In this document: positions 10,802-19,960 of the stretch, in pieces | Position numbering within the stretch: the stretch's first letter is position 1 | Layout of the letters: every line of letters begins with the position of its first letter | NCBI GenBank assembly: GCA_024641665.1 | Contig: JAHECP010000006.1 | Span: forward strand, 4,541 to 68,540 | Reading direction: 5' to 3' | DNA length: 64,000 bases | Source of the DNA: Acidobacteriota bacterium | GTDB lineage: Bacteria; Acidobacteriota; Vicinamibacteria; Vicinamibacterales; JAHECP01 | Notes under the pieces: model-generated | What the model was told of the DNA's origin: nothing | Databases searched by the model: none | The model's input: the letters and a program-made list of their open reading frames with translations, nothing else | Translations under genes and position numbers: made by a program

Positions 10802-12178
10802 TTATTCCTTCTTCAGCTTGTCTGCCCAGCCTTCCTTGTTCTCCTGCCGGCCCCGCGCGATGGCCAGCGCACCCGGCGGCACGTCCTTCGTGATGGAGGA
10901 GCCCGCGGCCACGTAGGCGCCGGCGCCCACCCGCACCGGCGCGACGAGCTGGCTGTCGCTGCCGATGAACGCGCCGTCCTCAATCACGGTCTGGTGCTTC
11001 TGCACGCCGTCGTAGTTGCACGTGATCGTCCCGGCGCCCACGTTGACGTGGTCGCCGACGACGGCGTCGCCCAGGTAGGTCAGGTGGTTGGCCTTCGAGC
11101 CCTCGCCGAGCACGGTCTTCTTCAGCTCGACGAAGTTGCCGACCCGCGCGTCGTGCCGGATCTCGCTGCCGGGCCGGATGTGCGCGAACGGGCCCACCCG
11201 CGCGCCCTCGGCAATCGTCGACTCGGTGATCACGCAGTAGTTGTTCACGACCACGCGGTCGCCGATCGTGGAATCCACGATGCGCACGCCCGCATGGATT
11301 TCGCAGGCCGCGCCGATGCGCGTGCGGCCCTCGAGCAGGACGCCGGGGTGGATGACCGTGTCCGCGCCGACCTCCACGTCCTGATCGATGTAGGTCGTCG
11401 CGGGATCCACGATCGTCACGCCGCTCCCCATCAGTTCTTCGTTCTTTCCTTGCCTCACGAGCGCAGCCACCTCCGCAAGCTCCGTACGACTGTTGATGCC
11501 CCGGATTTCCGTGGTGTCCGGCAGGACGACCGTCTCGACGACCAGCCGCCGCCGCCGGTAGAGTCCGACGAGATCGGTCAGGTAGTACTCCCCCTGCGCG
11601 TTGCTCGCCGCGATCTGCCGGATCGCGGGGAAGAGCGGCGCGAGGTCGAACACGTACAGCCCGGCGTTGATCTCGTGGATCTTCCGCTGGGCCGGCGACG
11701 CGTCGCGCTCCTCGACGATGCGCGCGATCCGCCCGCCGCTGCGCACGATGCGCCCGTAGCCGTAGGGCCGCACGGCCGTCGCGGTGAGCACCGTCGCCGC
11801 GGCGCCGCTCGCCTCGTGGACGTCGAGCACCCGACGGAGCGTCTCGGGCCTGAGCAGCGGCACGTCGCCCGAGAGCAGCAGCAGGCGTCCCGCCACCCCC
11901 TCGAAGAGCGGCGCCGTCTGCAGCAGCGCGTGGGCCGTGCCGAGCTGCGCCTCCTGGACGACGACGTGCAGGCCGGGCTCGCCGGCGAGTGCCGCCGTCA
12001 CCTGCTCCGCCAGATGGCCCACGACCACCGTCGTCGACGCCGCGTCGAGCGTGCGGGCGACGCGCAGGGCGTGGCCGATGAGCGTGCGGCCCCCGACACG
12101 GTGCAGCACCTTGGCCACACGCGAGTGCATGCGCCGGCCCTTGCCTGCCGCGAGAATGACGACGTGCAGATCGCTCAT
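10802..12178 (-). CDS. glmU: Bifunctional UDP-N-acetylglucosamine pyrophosphorylase / glucosamine-1-phosphate N-acetyltransferase
   Basis: ..[14 protein letters not shown].. nucleotidyltransferase motif plus C-terminal left-handed beta-helix hexapeptide repeats. Ends 2 nt before glmS. Confidence 0.95.
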   Translation of the reverse strand: MSDLHVVILAAGKGRRMHSRVAKVLHRVGGRTLIGHALRVARTLDAASTTVVVGHLAEQVTAALAGEPGLHVVVQEAQLGTAHALLQTAPLFEGVAGRLLLLSGDVPLLRPETLRRVLDVHEASGAAATVLTATAVRPYGYGRIVRSGGRIARIVEERDASPAQRKIHEINAGLYVFDLAPLFPAIRQIAASNAQGEYYLTDLVGLYRRRRLVVETVVLPDTTEIRGINSRTELAEVAALVRQGKNEELMGSGVTIVDPATTYIDQDVEVGADTVIHPGVLLEGRTRIGAACEIHAGVRIVDSTIGDRVVVNNYCVITESTIAEGARVGPFAHIRPGSEIRHDARVGNFVELKKTVLGEGSKANHLTYLGDAVVGDHVNVGAGTITCNYDGVQKHQTVIEDGAFIGSDSQLVAPVRVGAGAYVAAGSSITKDVPPGALAIARGRQENKEGWADKLKKE

Positions 12179-12227
12179 CGGGTGGAGCCGGATCGGAGCG
12201 GAGGAGGAGCGCCGCGAGGCCGGGACA

Positions 12228-12872
12228 TCAGCGCGACGCCCGCGGCCGCGGCCGTCGCCGGTTGCCGGACGCCACCGGCGCCGTGACCTGCAGGAACTCC
12301 TCGTCTTCGTGCAGGGGCTCGAAGTCCGTGTCCCGCCGGGCCAGCGACCGGTTCTCGGCGTCCTGTTCGGTGGCCCGCCGCAGCTCCGCCAGCGCGTCGG
12401 CGCGCGCGCCGCGACGGGCGTGGACCGCGGCCAGCATGTACGCGACCCGGCCGGTCTCGTCGCGGTCGGCCGCCCTCAGCAGCCGGAGCGCCTCGTCGTC
12501 CTTGCCGGCGTTGAGCGCGATCGTGGCGGCGTAGACCTGCTCCTCGAGCGAGCGCGGGGCGCCGGCCTTGGGCTGCAGCTCGCGCGCGCACACCTTGAGG
12601 TAGAGCCGCACGCGCTCGTGGAGCTCCCGCTCGTCCGGAAACCGCGTGAGCACCTCGTTCAGCCGGGCCGCCGCGCCGGCGAAGTCGCGCCGCCCCAGCG
12701 CCTCCAGCCCGCGCTCGTACATCGCGACGGCCTCGAGGTACGCGGTGGATTTCGCGGGTGGCGCGGCGGCGGGAGGCGGGCTTGGACGGGACGGTCTGGC
12801 AGCCCGGGCGGCGAGGCGACCACGCCGCGGTTTTGCGGGAGGCCGGGTCGGAACCCGGCGCTGCTTCGCCAC
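12228..12872 (-). CDS. TPR-like repeat protein with basic Pro/Ala-rich N-terminus (function unknown)
   Basis: ..YLEAVAMYERGLEALGRRDFAGAAARLNEVL.., ..ATIALNAGKDDEALRLLRAA.., ..AYMLAAVHARRGARADALAELRRA.. are TPR-like helical pairs. GTG start with AGGAG RBS 6 nt upstream. Confidence 0.6.
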   Translation of the reverse strand: MAKQRRVPTRPPAKPRRGRLAARAARPSRPSPPPAAAPPAKSTAYLEAVAMYERGLEALGRRDFAGAAARLNEVLTRFPDERELHERVRLYLKVCARELQPKAGAPRSLEEQVYAATIALNAGKDDEALRLLRAADRDETGRVAYMLAAVHARRGARADALAELRRATEQDAENRSLARRDTDFEPLHEDEEFLQVTAPVASGNRRRPRPRASR

Positions 12873-13026
12873 TCGAATCTCCTGGGCGGCCGGCCTGCGG
12901 CCTCTGGTGCGCGGGACGGGGGCTATCCCCCAAACGGCGCTAAAGGTACCAAATCGGGTACGACACGGTCAAGATGACGCGATTTTCGGGCGGTTGCCGG
13001 CAAGAGACGCAGAATAACCCGTTCTG

Positions 13027-13875
13027 TCATTCGCCAGAACTCTTGGCTCGTTCGAGGGCCTGGTAGACGTCCCGCTGCTTGAGCTTGTGGGTCTCGGCGA
13101 GCCTGCGGATGGCTTCTCGTCGGCCGATCTCACCGTTTTCTGTCAGGCGGCCAAATTCTTCGGCAAGTGCAGCATCGGTCGGGGGGCCACCTGGAGCCTC
13201 ACCCTGGCGAGACGTAGGTCCTATGACCAATGTGTACTCGCCGCGCGGCTGCCTGAGCTTGCCCAGAACATCCTTTGTTGGTCCAATAACCAATTCCTCG
13301 TGAACCTTGGTCAGCTCTCGACAGACGCAAATTGGTCTATTAACCAATATTACTGCAAGCTCTCGCATGGTTGCGAGGATCCTATGAGGTGCCTCGAACA
13401 CGACAATCGTCCGTTCCTCTCTGGCCACCTCTTCGAACCACTGTTTTCTGTCTTTTGACCGAGTCGGAGGGAATCCCACGAACACGAAGGGCACCGCCGT
13501 CAGGCCGCTGGCCACCAGCGCGGTGAGGACGGCGCTCGGCCCGGGCACGGCCTCGACACGGATGCCGCGGGCGAGCGCCGCCGCCACCAGCCTTGCGCCC
13601 GGATCGGACACCACGGGGGTCCCGGCGTCGCTCACCAGGGCGACCCGGCCGCCGGCTTGCAGGCGCTCGAGCAGCGCCGGGATCTTCTGGCGCTCGTTGT
13701 GCTCGTGGAGGCTCGTCGTTCGGGTCGAGATCGAGTAGTGTTGAAGGAGCCGGGCCGTGCGCCGTGTGTCTTCCGCCGCAATGAGTTCGACTTCGCGCAG
13801 GATCCTGAGCGCGCGCAGGGTAATGTCTTCCAGGTTGCCGATGGGCGTCGCGACGACGTGAAGGCAGCCTGTCAT
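13027..13875 (-). CDS. rsmI: 16S rRNA (cytidine1402-2'-O)-methyltransferase
   Basis: ..LHVVATPIGNLEDITLRALRILREVELIAAEDTRRT..LHEHNE..VALVSDAGTPVVSDPG..VPGPSA..FEAPHR.. are RsmI/tetrapyrrole-methylase-fold motifs. Confidence 0.92.
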   Translation of the reverse strand: MTGCLHVVATPIGNLEDITLRALRILREVELIAAEDTRRTARLLQHYSISTRTTSLHEHNERQKIPALLERLQAGGRVALVSDAGTPVVSDPGARLVAAALARGIRVEAVPGPSAVLTALVASGLTAVPFVFVGFPPTRSKDRKQWFEEVAREERTIVVFEAPHRILATMRELAVILVNRPICVCRELTKVHEELVIGPTKDVLGKLRQPRGEYTLVIGPTSRQGEAPGGPPTDAALAEEFGRLTENGEIGRREAIRRLAETHKLKQRDVYQALERAKSSGE

Positions 13876-13994
13876 CGGATGAGGCCGTCAAAGGGCGAGT
13901 CGGGCGGACCCGAGCCGGTATTGTAGATCGAGCCCGGGACGTCCGACTGCGGCCGCCAAACGTCTGCCTGCTGAGGAGCAGGCCCGTCGACCGC

Positions 13995-15656
13995 ATGTAC
14001 TCCGCCGAGTCGCTTGGCCATTTCGTCGACGAATACCTGGCGTTTCTCCACGAAACGCATCCCACGAGCGCGACGTTCGACGGCGTGCACCTGCACGACG
14101 ACCTGCTCGAGGACTATTCCCGCCAGGCGATTGACACGCGCGTGCGCGAGCTCGGGGCGTTCGGCCGCCGGCTCGCCGCCATCGACCCGGCCGCCCTGAC
14201 CGTGGTCGAGCGCGTCGAGCGGCCGTTCCTCGAGGACGACATCCAGGCGCGTCTCTTCGAGCTGGAGGACATCCGCACCTGGGAGCGCAGCCCGCAGCTG
14301 TACGCCGAGCTGTTGTCCACGAGCCTGGCGAGCCAGGTGCTGTTCCCCTATGCGCCCCTCACCGAGCGCGCGCGCCGCGTGCTGTCCAAGCTGCGCCAGG
14401 CGCCGCGTCTGCTCCAGGCGGCGCGTGAGAACATCAAGGAGCCGCCGGGCCTGTTCGTGAAGATCGGCCTCGAAACGCTGCGCGGCACGTTGCGGTTCGT
14501 CGAGGAAGACCTGCCGCGCGGCCTCGCCGACGTCGACGACCTCGGCCTGCTGTCGGACCTCGCCGACGCGACCACCGAGGCCGCCGACGCGCTGCGCGGC
14601 TACATCGAGCACCTCGAGCGCGAGGTCGCGCCCCGCGCACGCGGCGCGTTCCGGCTCGGACGCGAGCGCTTCGAGCAGAAGCTGCGCCTCGAGGAGGGCA
14701 TGACCACCCCGAGCGATCGGCTGCTCGCCATCGCGATGCGCGAGCTGCACGCGACGCAGGACGCCTTCCGCCGCGAGGCCGGCCGGCTCGACGGCGGCGA
14801 TCCGCACGAGGTCTGGCGCCGCCTGAAGGCCGACCACCCGCCCGTCGGGGCCCTCGTCTCCACCGCGCGCGAGCAGGTGAACGAGCTGCTCGACTTCATC
14901 CGCCGCCGCGACCTCGTGTCGGTGCCCGGGGGCGAGACCGTCGTCGTCGCGGCGTCGCCGCGCTTCTACCGGTGGACGTTCGCCAGCATGTGGACGCCCG
15001 GTCCGTTCGAGTCGCGCGCCATGCGCGCGTACTACTACCTCACCGACGTCGAAACCTCCTGGCCCGCCGACCGCAAGGAAGAGCACCTGCGCGACTTCAA
15101 CTACGGCGCGCTCTGGGCGATCTCGATGCACGAGGTCTACCCGGGCCACTTCCTGCACTACCAGCACCTGCGCCGCGTGACCTCGAAGCTGCGCAAGTCG
15201 ATCCTCTTCGCGGCCGCCTCGTTCGTCGAGGGCTGGGCGCACTACTGCGAGCAGATGATCGTCGACGCCGGGTTCCGGCGCGACGACCCCACCGTGCGCC
15301 TGGGCCAGCTCGCCGAGGCCCTGATCCGGCTCTGCCGGTTCGTCGTGGGCATCCGCCTGCACACCGGCGACCTCTCGGTCGAGCAGGGCATGCGGTTCTT
15401 CCGCGACGAGGCGTTCATGGAAGAGCCCAGCGCCCGCCGCGAGGCCGAGCGGGGCGCGTTCGACCCGTCCTACGTGGTCTACTCGGCCGGCAAGCTCATG
15501 CTGATGAAGCTCCGCGACGATCTCAAGGCCAGCCAGGGCGGCAAGTTCGTCCCGCGCCTCTTCCACGACAGCCTGCTCGGCAACGGCCACCTGCCGTTCC
15601 CGCTGCACCGGCGGCTCCTGCTCGGCGAGGACGACCGCGGCGAGCTGCTCGAATAG
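13995..15656 (+). CDS. DUF885-family protein (putative metallopeptidase-like)
   Basis: 553 aa. ..ISMHEVYPGHFLHYQH.. and ..FVEGWAHYCEQM.. match my recollection of the DUF885 signature. The 664-aa ORF on the opposite strand is a shadow. Confidence 0.78.
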   Translation: MYSAESLGHFVDEYLAFLHETHPTSATFDGVHLHDDLLEDYSRQAIDTRVRELGAFGRRLAAIDPAALTVVERVERPFLEDDIQARLFELEDIRTWERSPQLYAELLSTSLASQVLFPYAPLTERARRVLSKLRQAPRLLQAARENIKEPPGLFVKIGLETLRGTLRFVEEDLPRGLADVDDLGLLSDLADATTEAADALRGYIEHLEREVAPRARGAFRLGRERFEQKLRLEEGMTTPSDRLLAIAMRELHATQDAFRREAGRLDGGDPHEVWRRLKADHPPVGALVSTAREQVNELLDFIRRRDLVSVPGGETVVVAASPRFYRWTFASMWTPGPFESRAMRAYYYLTDVETSWPADRKEEHLRDFNYGALWAISMHEVYPGHFLHYQHLRRVTSKLRKSILFAAASFVEGWAHYCEQMIVDAGFRRDDPTVRLGQLAEALIRLCRFVVGIRLHTGDLSVEQGMRFFRDEAFMEEPSARREAERGAFDPSYVVYSAGKLMLMKLRDDLKASQGGKFVPRLFHDSLLGNGHLPFPLHRRLLLGEDDRGELLE

Positions 15657-15739
15657 GTCGATTTGACAGAAGTCATTGGAATTGAGTAGGTTAGAGCAAG
15701 ACGTCCACAACAGATCGACGCTGGAGAGTCGTCTGAACC

Positions 15740-16048
15740 ATGCCGCTGTATGAGTACGAGTGCGAAGCCTGCGGCAAACACTTCGAGCTGATTCGCAAGT
15801 TCTCCGACCCGCCGGTCGAAACCTGCCTCTCCTGCGGCGGGCCGGTTCGCAAGCTGCTGTCGTCACCCGCCATCCAGTTCAAGGGGACCGGCTGGTACAT
15901 CACCGACTACGCCCGGAAGAGCTCCGCGCCGTCCGGCCCGTCGGAGTCGGGCAACGGCACCAAGCCCGAAGCGTCCACCTCGACCGCCGAGGCCTCGAAG
16001 GACGGCAAGCCGGCTTCGCCCGCTTCATCATCGTCGACGACCAAGTAG
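15740..16048 (+). CDS. FmdB-family zinc-ribbon protein with Ser/Pro/Ala-rich tail
   Basis: MPLYEYECEACGKHFELIRKFSDPPVETCLSCGGPVRKLLS is the CxxC..CxxC FmdB/CxxC_CxxC_SSSS motif. Confidence 0.85.
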   Translation: MPLYEYECEACGKHFELIRKFSDPPVETCLSCGGPVRKLLSSPAIQFKGTGWYITDYARKSSAPSGPSESGNGTKPEASTSTAEASKDGKPASPASSSSTTK

Positions 16049-16086
16049 GGTCCGGCTTCCGCCTTCGCCGAGGCTACGGCGGACTC

Positions 16087-16111
16087 GCCGAAGCTCGAAG
16101 AGCGGAGGCGG
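16087..16111 (+). repeat. 25-nt exact repeat copy 1 (GCCGAAGCTCGAAGAGCGGAGGCGG)
   Basis: Identical 25-mer at 17268-17292. The flanks are also similar over about 80 nt (ggcttccgcc..ggctcagg versus ggccttcgcg..gcctcagg). Confidence 0.85.
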
Positions 16112-16227
16112 TCGGCCGGACCTGCAGGCTCAGGGCTCACGGGCCAGGTCTCAGGCGCTATCCGCCGTCACGCGCGGCGGTCCCGGGCGGCGTCGGGGCA
16201 GGCGCCCAGCTCCAAGCCACCTGTGGA

Positions 16228-16245
16228 GGCCGGCTTCAGCCGGCC
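16228..16245. terminator. GC hairpin GGCCGGCTTCAGCCGGCC inside a conserved ~36-nt element, 10 nt beyond the galU stop
   Basis: gtggaGGCCGGCTTCAGCCGGCCcgaacaccctcacc. A near-identical element lies at 18672-18706. No U-tract. Confidence 0.5.
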
Positions 16246-16254
16246 CGAACACCC

Positions 16255-17151
16255 TCACCGCAGCTTCAGCTTGTTCTCGAGGTCGATCGAGCTGAGGTAC
16301 TCGCGGAAGGGGCCGGCGAGGTCCGGCCGTCTGAGCGCGAAGTACACGACCGCGCGCAGGAACCCCAGCTTGTTGCCGGTGTCGTGGCGGACGCCGTCGA
16401 TTTCCAGCGCGTAGAGCGGCCGCTTCTGCAGCAGACTTCGCAGCCCGTTGGTGAGCTGGATCTCGCCCGTCCGGTCGCTCTGGGTCGCTTCGAGCTCGGG
16501 GAAGATGTCGGGCGTCAGCACGTAGCGTCCGATGATGGCCAGGTTCGACGGCGCCTCGGCGACGGCGGGCTTTTCCACCAGGTCGACGATGCGGTGGACG
16601 CCCGGGCGGATGGGCTCGGCGTCGAGGATGCCGTAGGCGCTGACCTCCTCGGTCGGCACGCGCTCGACGGCGATGACCGGACCTTGCAGCTCCTCGTACA
16701 CCGCGATCATCTGTCGGAGCGCCGGCGGGTTCGCGTCGATCACGTCGTCGCCGAGGATGACGGCGAACGGCTCGTGGCCGATCAGACCCTGGGTCACGAG
16801 CACGGCATGACCGAGACCGAGCGGCTCGCCCTGCCGGACGTAGGAGAAGTTGATGAGGTTGGAGATCTTGCGAATCTCCTCGAGCTGGGCCGTCTTGCCG
16901 CGCGCCTCGAGAAACGTCTCGAGCTCGATGTTGACGTCGAAGTGATCCTCGATGGCGTTCTTGCCGCGGCCGGTGACCAGGATGATGTTGTCCACGCCCG
17001 AGGCCAGCGCCTCTTCCACGCCGTACTGGATGATGGGCTTGTCGACGAGCGGCAGCATCTCCTTGGGCTGGGCCTTGGTGGCGGGTAGGAAGCGCGTGCC
17101 CAGCCCGGCGACGGGGAAGACGGCCTTGCGGATCGTGGCGTGTCGTGTCAA
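16255..17151 (-). CDS. galU: UTP--glucose-1-phosphate uridylyltransferase
   Basis: ..[56 protein letters not shown].. are GalU motifs. The apparent start is TTG at 17151. Confidence 0.92.
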   Translation of the reverse strand: MTRHATIRKAVFPVAGLGTRFLPATKAQPKEMLPLVDKPIIQYGVEEALASGVDNIILVTGRGKNAIEDHFDVNIELETFLEARGKTAQLEEIRKISNLINFSYVRQGEPLGLGHAVLVTQGLIGHEPFAVILGDDVIDANPPALRQMIAVYEELQGPVIAVERVPTEEVSAYGILDAEPIRPGVHRIVDLVEKPAVAEAPSNLAIIGRYVLTPDIFPELEATQSDRTGEIQLTNGLRSLLQKRPLYALEIDGVRHDTGNKLGFLRAVVYFALRRPDLAGPFREYLSSIDLENKLKLR

Positions 17152-17267
17152 CGGTCCCCCTCACTCTGCCGGTCCCGGCATCGTATCTCATTGCGGCGGT
17201 ATCAGTTAAGATCAACCCTGGCCGCTTGGCCCGCCGGCCTTCGCGCCTGGGCGCTTCGGCCCGGCAA

Positions 17268-17292
17268 GCCGAAGCTCGAAGAGCGGAGGCGG
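17268..17292 (+). repeat. 25-nt exact repeat copy 2 (GCCGAAGCTCGAAGAGCGGAGGCGG), 34 nt upstream of the serS ATG
   Basis: Exact match to 16087-16111, same orientation. Confidence 0.85.
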
Positions 17293-17325
17293 CCCGGCCC
17301 CCGGCCTCCGGCCTCAGGAGATTTC

Positions 17326-18615
17326 ATGCTCGATCCGGCCTTCGTCCGCGACCATCTCGACGACGTGCGCACGGGTCTGCGCAACCGCGGCCTCGACGTC
17401 GACAAGGACCTGGAGCACCTGGTGTCGCTCGAGACGCGCCGCCGCCAGATGATCCCCGAGGTTGAGGGGCTCAAGCGCCTGCAGAACACGGCGGGCGACG
17501 AGATCGCCCGCGCCAAGCGGCAGGGGAAGGACGCCGCGCCGATCTTCGCGGCCAACAAGCAGCGCGCCGCGCAGATCAAGCAGCTGGAGATCACGCTCGA
17601 CTCGATCGAGCACCAGCGCCTCGTCGTCCTGCAGACGCTGCCCAACCTGCCGCACGCGAGCGTGCCGGTCGGGGCGAGCGCGGCCGACAACCGGGAGGTG
17701 CGGCGCCACGGCGACCCGCCGGCGTTCGACTTCGAGCCCAAGGCGCACTGGGATCTCGGGCCGGCGCTCGGCATCGTCGACTTCGAGCGGGCGACGAAGA
17801 TGTCGGGCGCGCGCTTCTCGGTGCTGCTGGGCGCGGGGGCGCGGCTGTCGCGCGCGCTCATCAACTTCATGCTCGACCTGCACGCGCGCGAGCACGGCTA
17901 CACCGAGATCGAGCCGCCGTTTCTCGTGAACGCCGCCGCGCTCACCGGCACGGGCAACCTGCCGAAGTTCGAGGCCGACCTCTTCAAGGTGGCGGGCGAC
18001 TGGGATCTGTACCTGATTCCCACCGCCGAGGTGCCCGTCACCAACCTCTATCGCAACGAGATCCTGGACGGCCGGACGCTGCCGCTGCGCTACGTCGCCT
18101 ACACGCCGTGCTTCCGCAGCGAGGCCGGCTCGTACGGCGCGGACGTGCGCGGCCTGATCCGCCAGCACCAGTTCGACAAGGTGGAGCTCGTGAAGTTCAC
18201 GCGGCCCGAGCAGTCGTACGACGAGCTCGAGTCGCTCACGGCGCACGCCGAAGAAGTGCTGAAGCGCCTCGGCCTGCCGTACCGCACGGTCGTGCTGTGC
18301 ACGGGCGACATGGGCTTCGCCGCGGCGAAGACCTACGACATCGAGGTGTGGCTGCCGAGCCAGAAGGCCTATCGCGAGATCTCGTCGTGCAGCAACACCG
18401 AGGCCTTCCAGGCGCGCCGCGCGAACATCAAGTTCCGCGGCGACGGCACCGGCAAGGCCGAGTTCGTACACACGCTGAACGGCTCGGGCCTCGCCGTCGG
18501 CCGGACGATCATCGCCATCCTGGAGAATTGCCAGCGGAAGGACGGCTCGGTGGTCGTGCCCGAAGTCCTGCGGCCGTACATGGGCGGGATCGAAGTGATC
18601 GAGCCTTCGGCGTGA
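17326..18615 (+). CDS. serS: Seryl-tRNA synthetase
   Basis: [22 protein letters not shown].. N-terminal coiled-coil arm. Class II motifs ..[22 protein letters not shown].. and ..[19 protein letters not shown]... ATG 17326 verified with an AGGAG RBS; the track start 17140 is an extension. Confidence 0.96.
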   Translation: MLDPAFVRDHLDDVRTGLRNRGLDVDKDLEHLVSLETRRRQMIPEVEGLKRLQNTAGDEIARAKRQGKDAAPIFAANKQRAAQIKQLEITLDSIEHQRLVVLQTLPNLPHASVPVGASAADNREVRRHGDPPAFDFEPKAHWDLGPALGIVDFERATKMSGARFSVLLGAGARLSRALINFMLDLHAREHGYTEIEPPFLVNAAALTGTGNLPKFEADLFKVAGDWDLYLIPTAEVPVTNLYRNEILDGRTLPLRYVAYTPCFRSEAGSYGADVRGLIRQHQFDKVELVKFTRPEQSYDELESLTAHAEEVLKRLGLPYRTVVLCTGDMGFAAAKTYDIEVWLPSQKAYREISSCSNTEAFQARRANIKFRGDGTGKAEFVHTLNGSGLAVGRTIIAILENCQRKDGSVVVPEVLRPYMGGIEVIEPSA

Positions 18616-18676
18616 CCCGCGTAACGACCACGGAAATCGCCACGGATTGAGCCACGGAAAGGCCGCCTTCCGTGGG

Positions 18677-18694
18677 GGCCGGCTTGAGCCGGCC
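18677..18694. terminator. GC hairpin GGCCGGCTTGAGCCGGCC (second copy of the conserved element) between convergent serS and the small minus-strand gene
   Basis: gtgggGGCCGGCTTGAGCCGGCCcgacgcctcaccc. Preceded by three CCACGGA units and the hairpin CCACGGAAaggccgccTTCCGTGG (18649-18672). Confidence 0.5.
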
Positions 18695-18706
18695 CGACGC
18701 CTCACC

Positions 18707-19292
18707 CTAGATGTCGCAGCTGGAATCGTTGAACTCGAGGATCGGGTGCGGAGCGTTCTTCGTGGTGATCTCATACCGTTCCTGACAGAAGATCTCGTAG
18801 CCGCCCTCATCCGGAACCCACTGGATGAACACGTACTCCGTGTCGTCCCCGGCGATCCTGAACGTGAAGCTGCTGAGCGCCCGATAGAACTCTCGTGCGC
18901 TCGCCTCCTGCTCGGCCATCCAACTCGCTCCGCGGCGCGCCGTAGTGCCGTTCGGCGTTGTCGAACATGTCGTCGGCCTGATCCTTCAGCAGGTCGACGG
19001 CGGCACGGTAGGCGGGCGAGCCCGTGTCGATCATGCCGGACGAGGATCGCAGCTTCGCAACATCCACCTCGTGGTAATGCAGTTCGGCCAGCCGTTCCCA
19101 GTCCACATCGACCGGCGAATCGAAGAGCACCTTCTCTTCTTCTGCGTACGCGTTCGTGAAGTGCGTCCGCGTGTCGTCGAAGGCGGGGCATTCGAACCAC
19201 GACGGTCCCGGTGAGCCCGACCCCGGGATGACCGGTGTCAGATCGACGCCCTCGGGTGGGGCGCCGAGAATCTGAAGCTCAGAAACCTCCAC
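18707..19292 (-). pseudogene. Hypothetical gene split by a frameshift near 18914-18926 (5' part in the frame of ORF 18807-19616, 3' part = 70-aa ORF 18707-18919); lower-GC islet
   Basis: High third-position GC supports coding in frame A (..SWFECPAFDDTRTHFTNAYAEEEKVLFDSPVDVDWERLAELHYHEVDVAKL..DDMFDNAERHYGAPRSEL). It then switches to frame B (MAEQEASAREFYRALSSFTFRIAGDDTEYVFIQWVPDEGGYEIFCQERYEITTKNAPHPILEFNDSSCDI*). Frame A has no stop until 18807. The 5' start is uncertain: GTG 19292 or TTG 19532. No family recognised. Confidence 0.35.
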
Positions 19293-19543
19293 GAACAGAC
19301 CGCCGGTCCGGCGCCAATAACCCGTTGAAAGCGGCTTCGTCGCAGAGCGCCGGCGGTTCGCGCCCCTCGGGCAGACATGCCGAATCTCGACGTCGCCTTC
19401 CGGAAGATCATGTCGTTCTCCGGCGGCTGCGTTCGACCGGGCGCTTGCTGGTCCGACTTCCCTGTACGTGAGTCGATCGGACAGAGCAACTGGCGCGAGG
19501 AGGGAATCGGCAGACCGGCCCAGATCTCCCAATCTGAGGTTTG

Positions 19544-19563
19544 AGAATATGATATATAGTATT
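19544..19563 (-). promoter_or_regulatory. AT-rich box copy 1 (minus-strand reading AATACTATATATCATATTCT), pointing towards the frameshifted gene
   Basis: A 20-nt AT island in GC-rich DNA. Nearly identical to the copy at 59334-59355 (GAATACTATATATAATATAGG). Confidence 0.55.
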
Positions 19564-19726
19564 GAGAGCGGCCCGGGCCGGGGGGCGGGCGGCGCCGCTT
19601 GCCACCGCGGGGCCATGCACGCGTGAAGGTGCCAGGAGGGCCGGGATCCGGCAAGCGCGTCTCACGGGCGAACGATTGCCCGGCGGCGTTCCCGCCCGGC
19701 GCGTGACGAACGATCGCGACATCCCC

Positions 19727-19747
19727 GATAATTGTATATAATATTCC
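19727..19747 (+). promoter_or_regulatory. AT-rich box copy 2 (GATAATTGTATATAATATTCC), GCGACA-N15-TATAAT / N17-TAATAT, pointing towards the class V PLP-enzyme operon
   Basis: Perfect TATAAT at 19737-19742. A -35-like GCGACA at 19716-19721. Inverted relative to copy 1, 163 nt away, which gives a divergent promoter layout. Confidence 0.55.
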
Positions 19748-19960
19748 ACCGGCGGCGGGCCCGGCGGTTCGAGGAGATTCAGCACGGTGCTTACACCACG
19801 CGTCAACCACCACCGGCCCGATTCGACCCAGCCGGCAGGCTGGCCGCCGGCCATCGGTGCGCTTCGACACGTGCCCGGCAGCCGACACGTGGTGCTGAGC
19901 CGCGTGTCGGTGTCGTGGTAGGCACGGCAGGGCTCGTTCCCGTGACGTCAGGGGGGATAC

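Noticed and set aside
10799-10802. Possible glmS ribozyme/riboswitch upstream of glmS.
   Set aside because: glmS starts 2 nt after the glmU stop, so there is no leader in which such an RNA could reside.
15663-15692. TTGACA-N18-TAGGTT upstream of the FmdB-like gene as a promoter call.
   Set aside because: The -35 is perfect but the -10 matches TATAAT at only 3/6 positions. That is too weak to report as a feature without TSS data.
19544-19747. The inverted pair of AT boxes flanking 163 nt could be the terminal inverted repeats of a MITE.
   Set aside because: There is no target-site duplication at the flanks. The internal sequence is ordinary GC-rich DNA not repeated elsewhere in the window. 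The other five boxes are solitary. A divergent promoter pair explains the geometry better.
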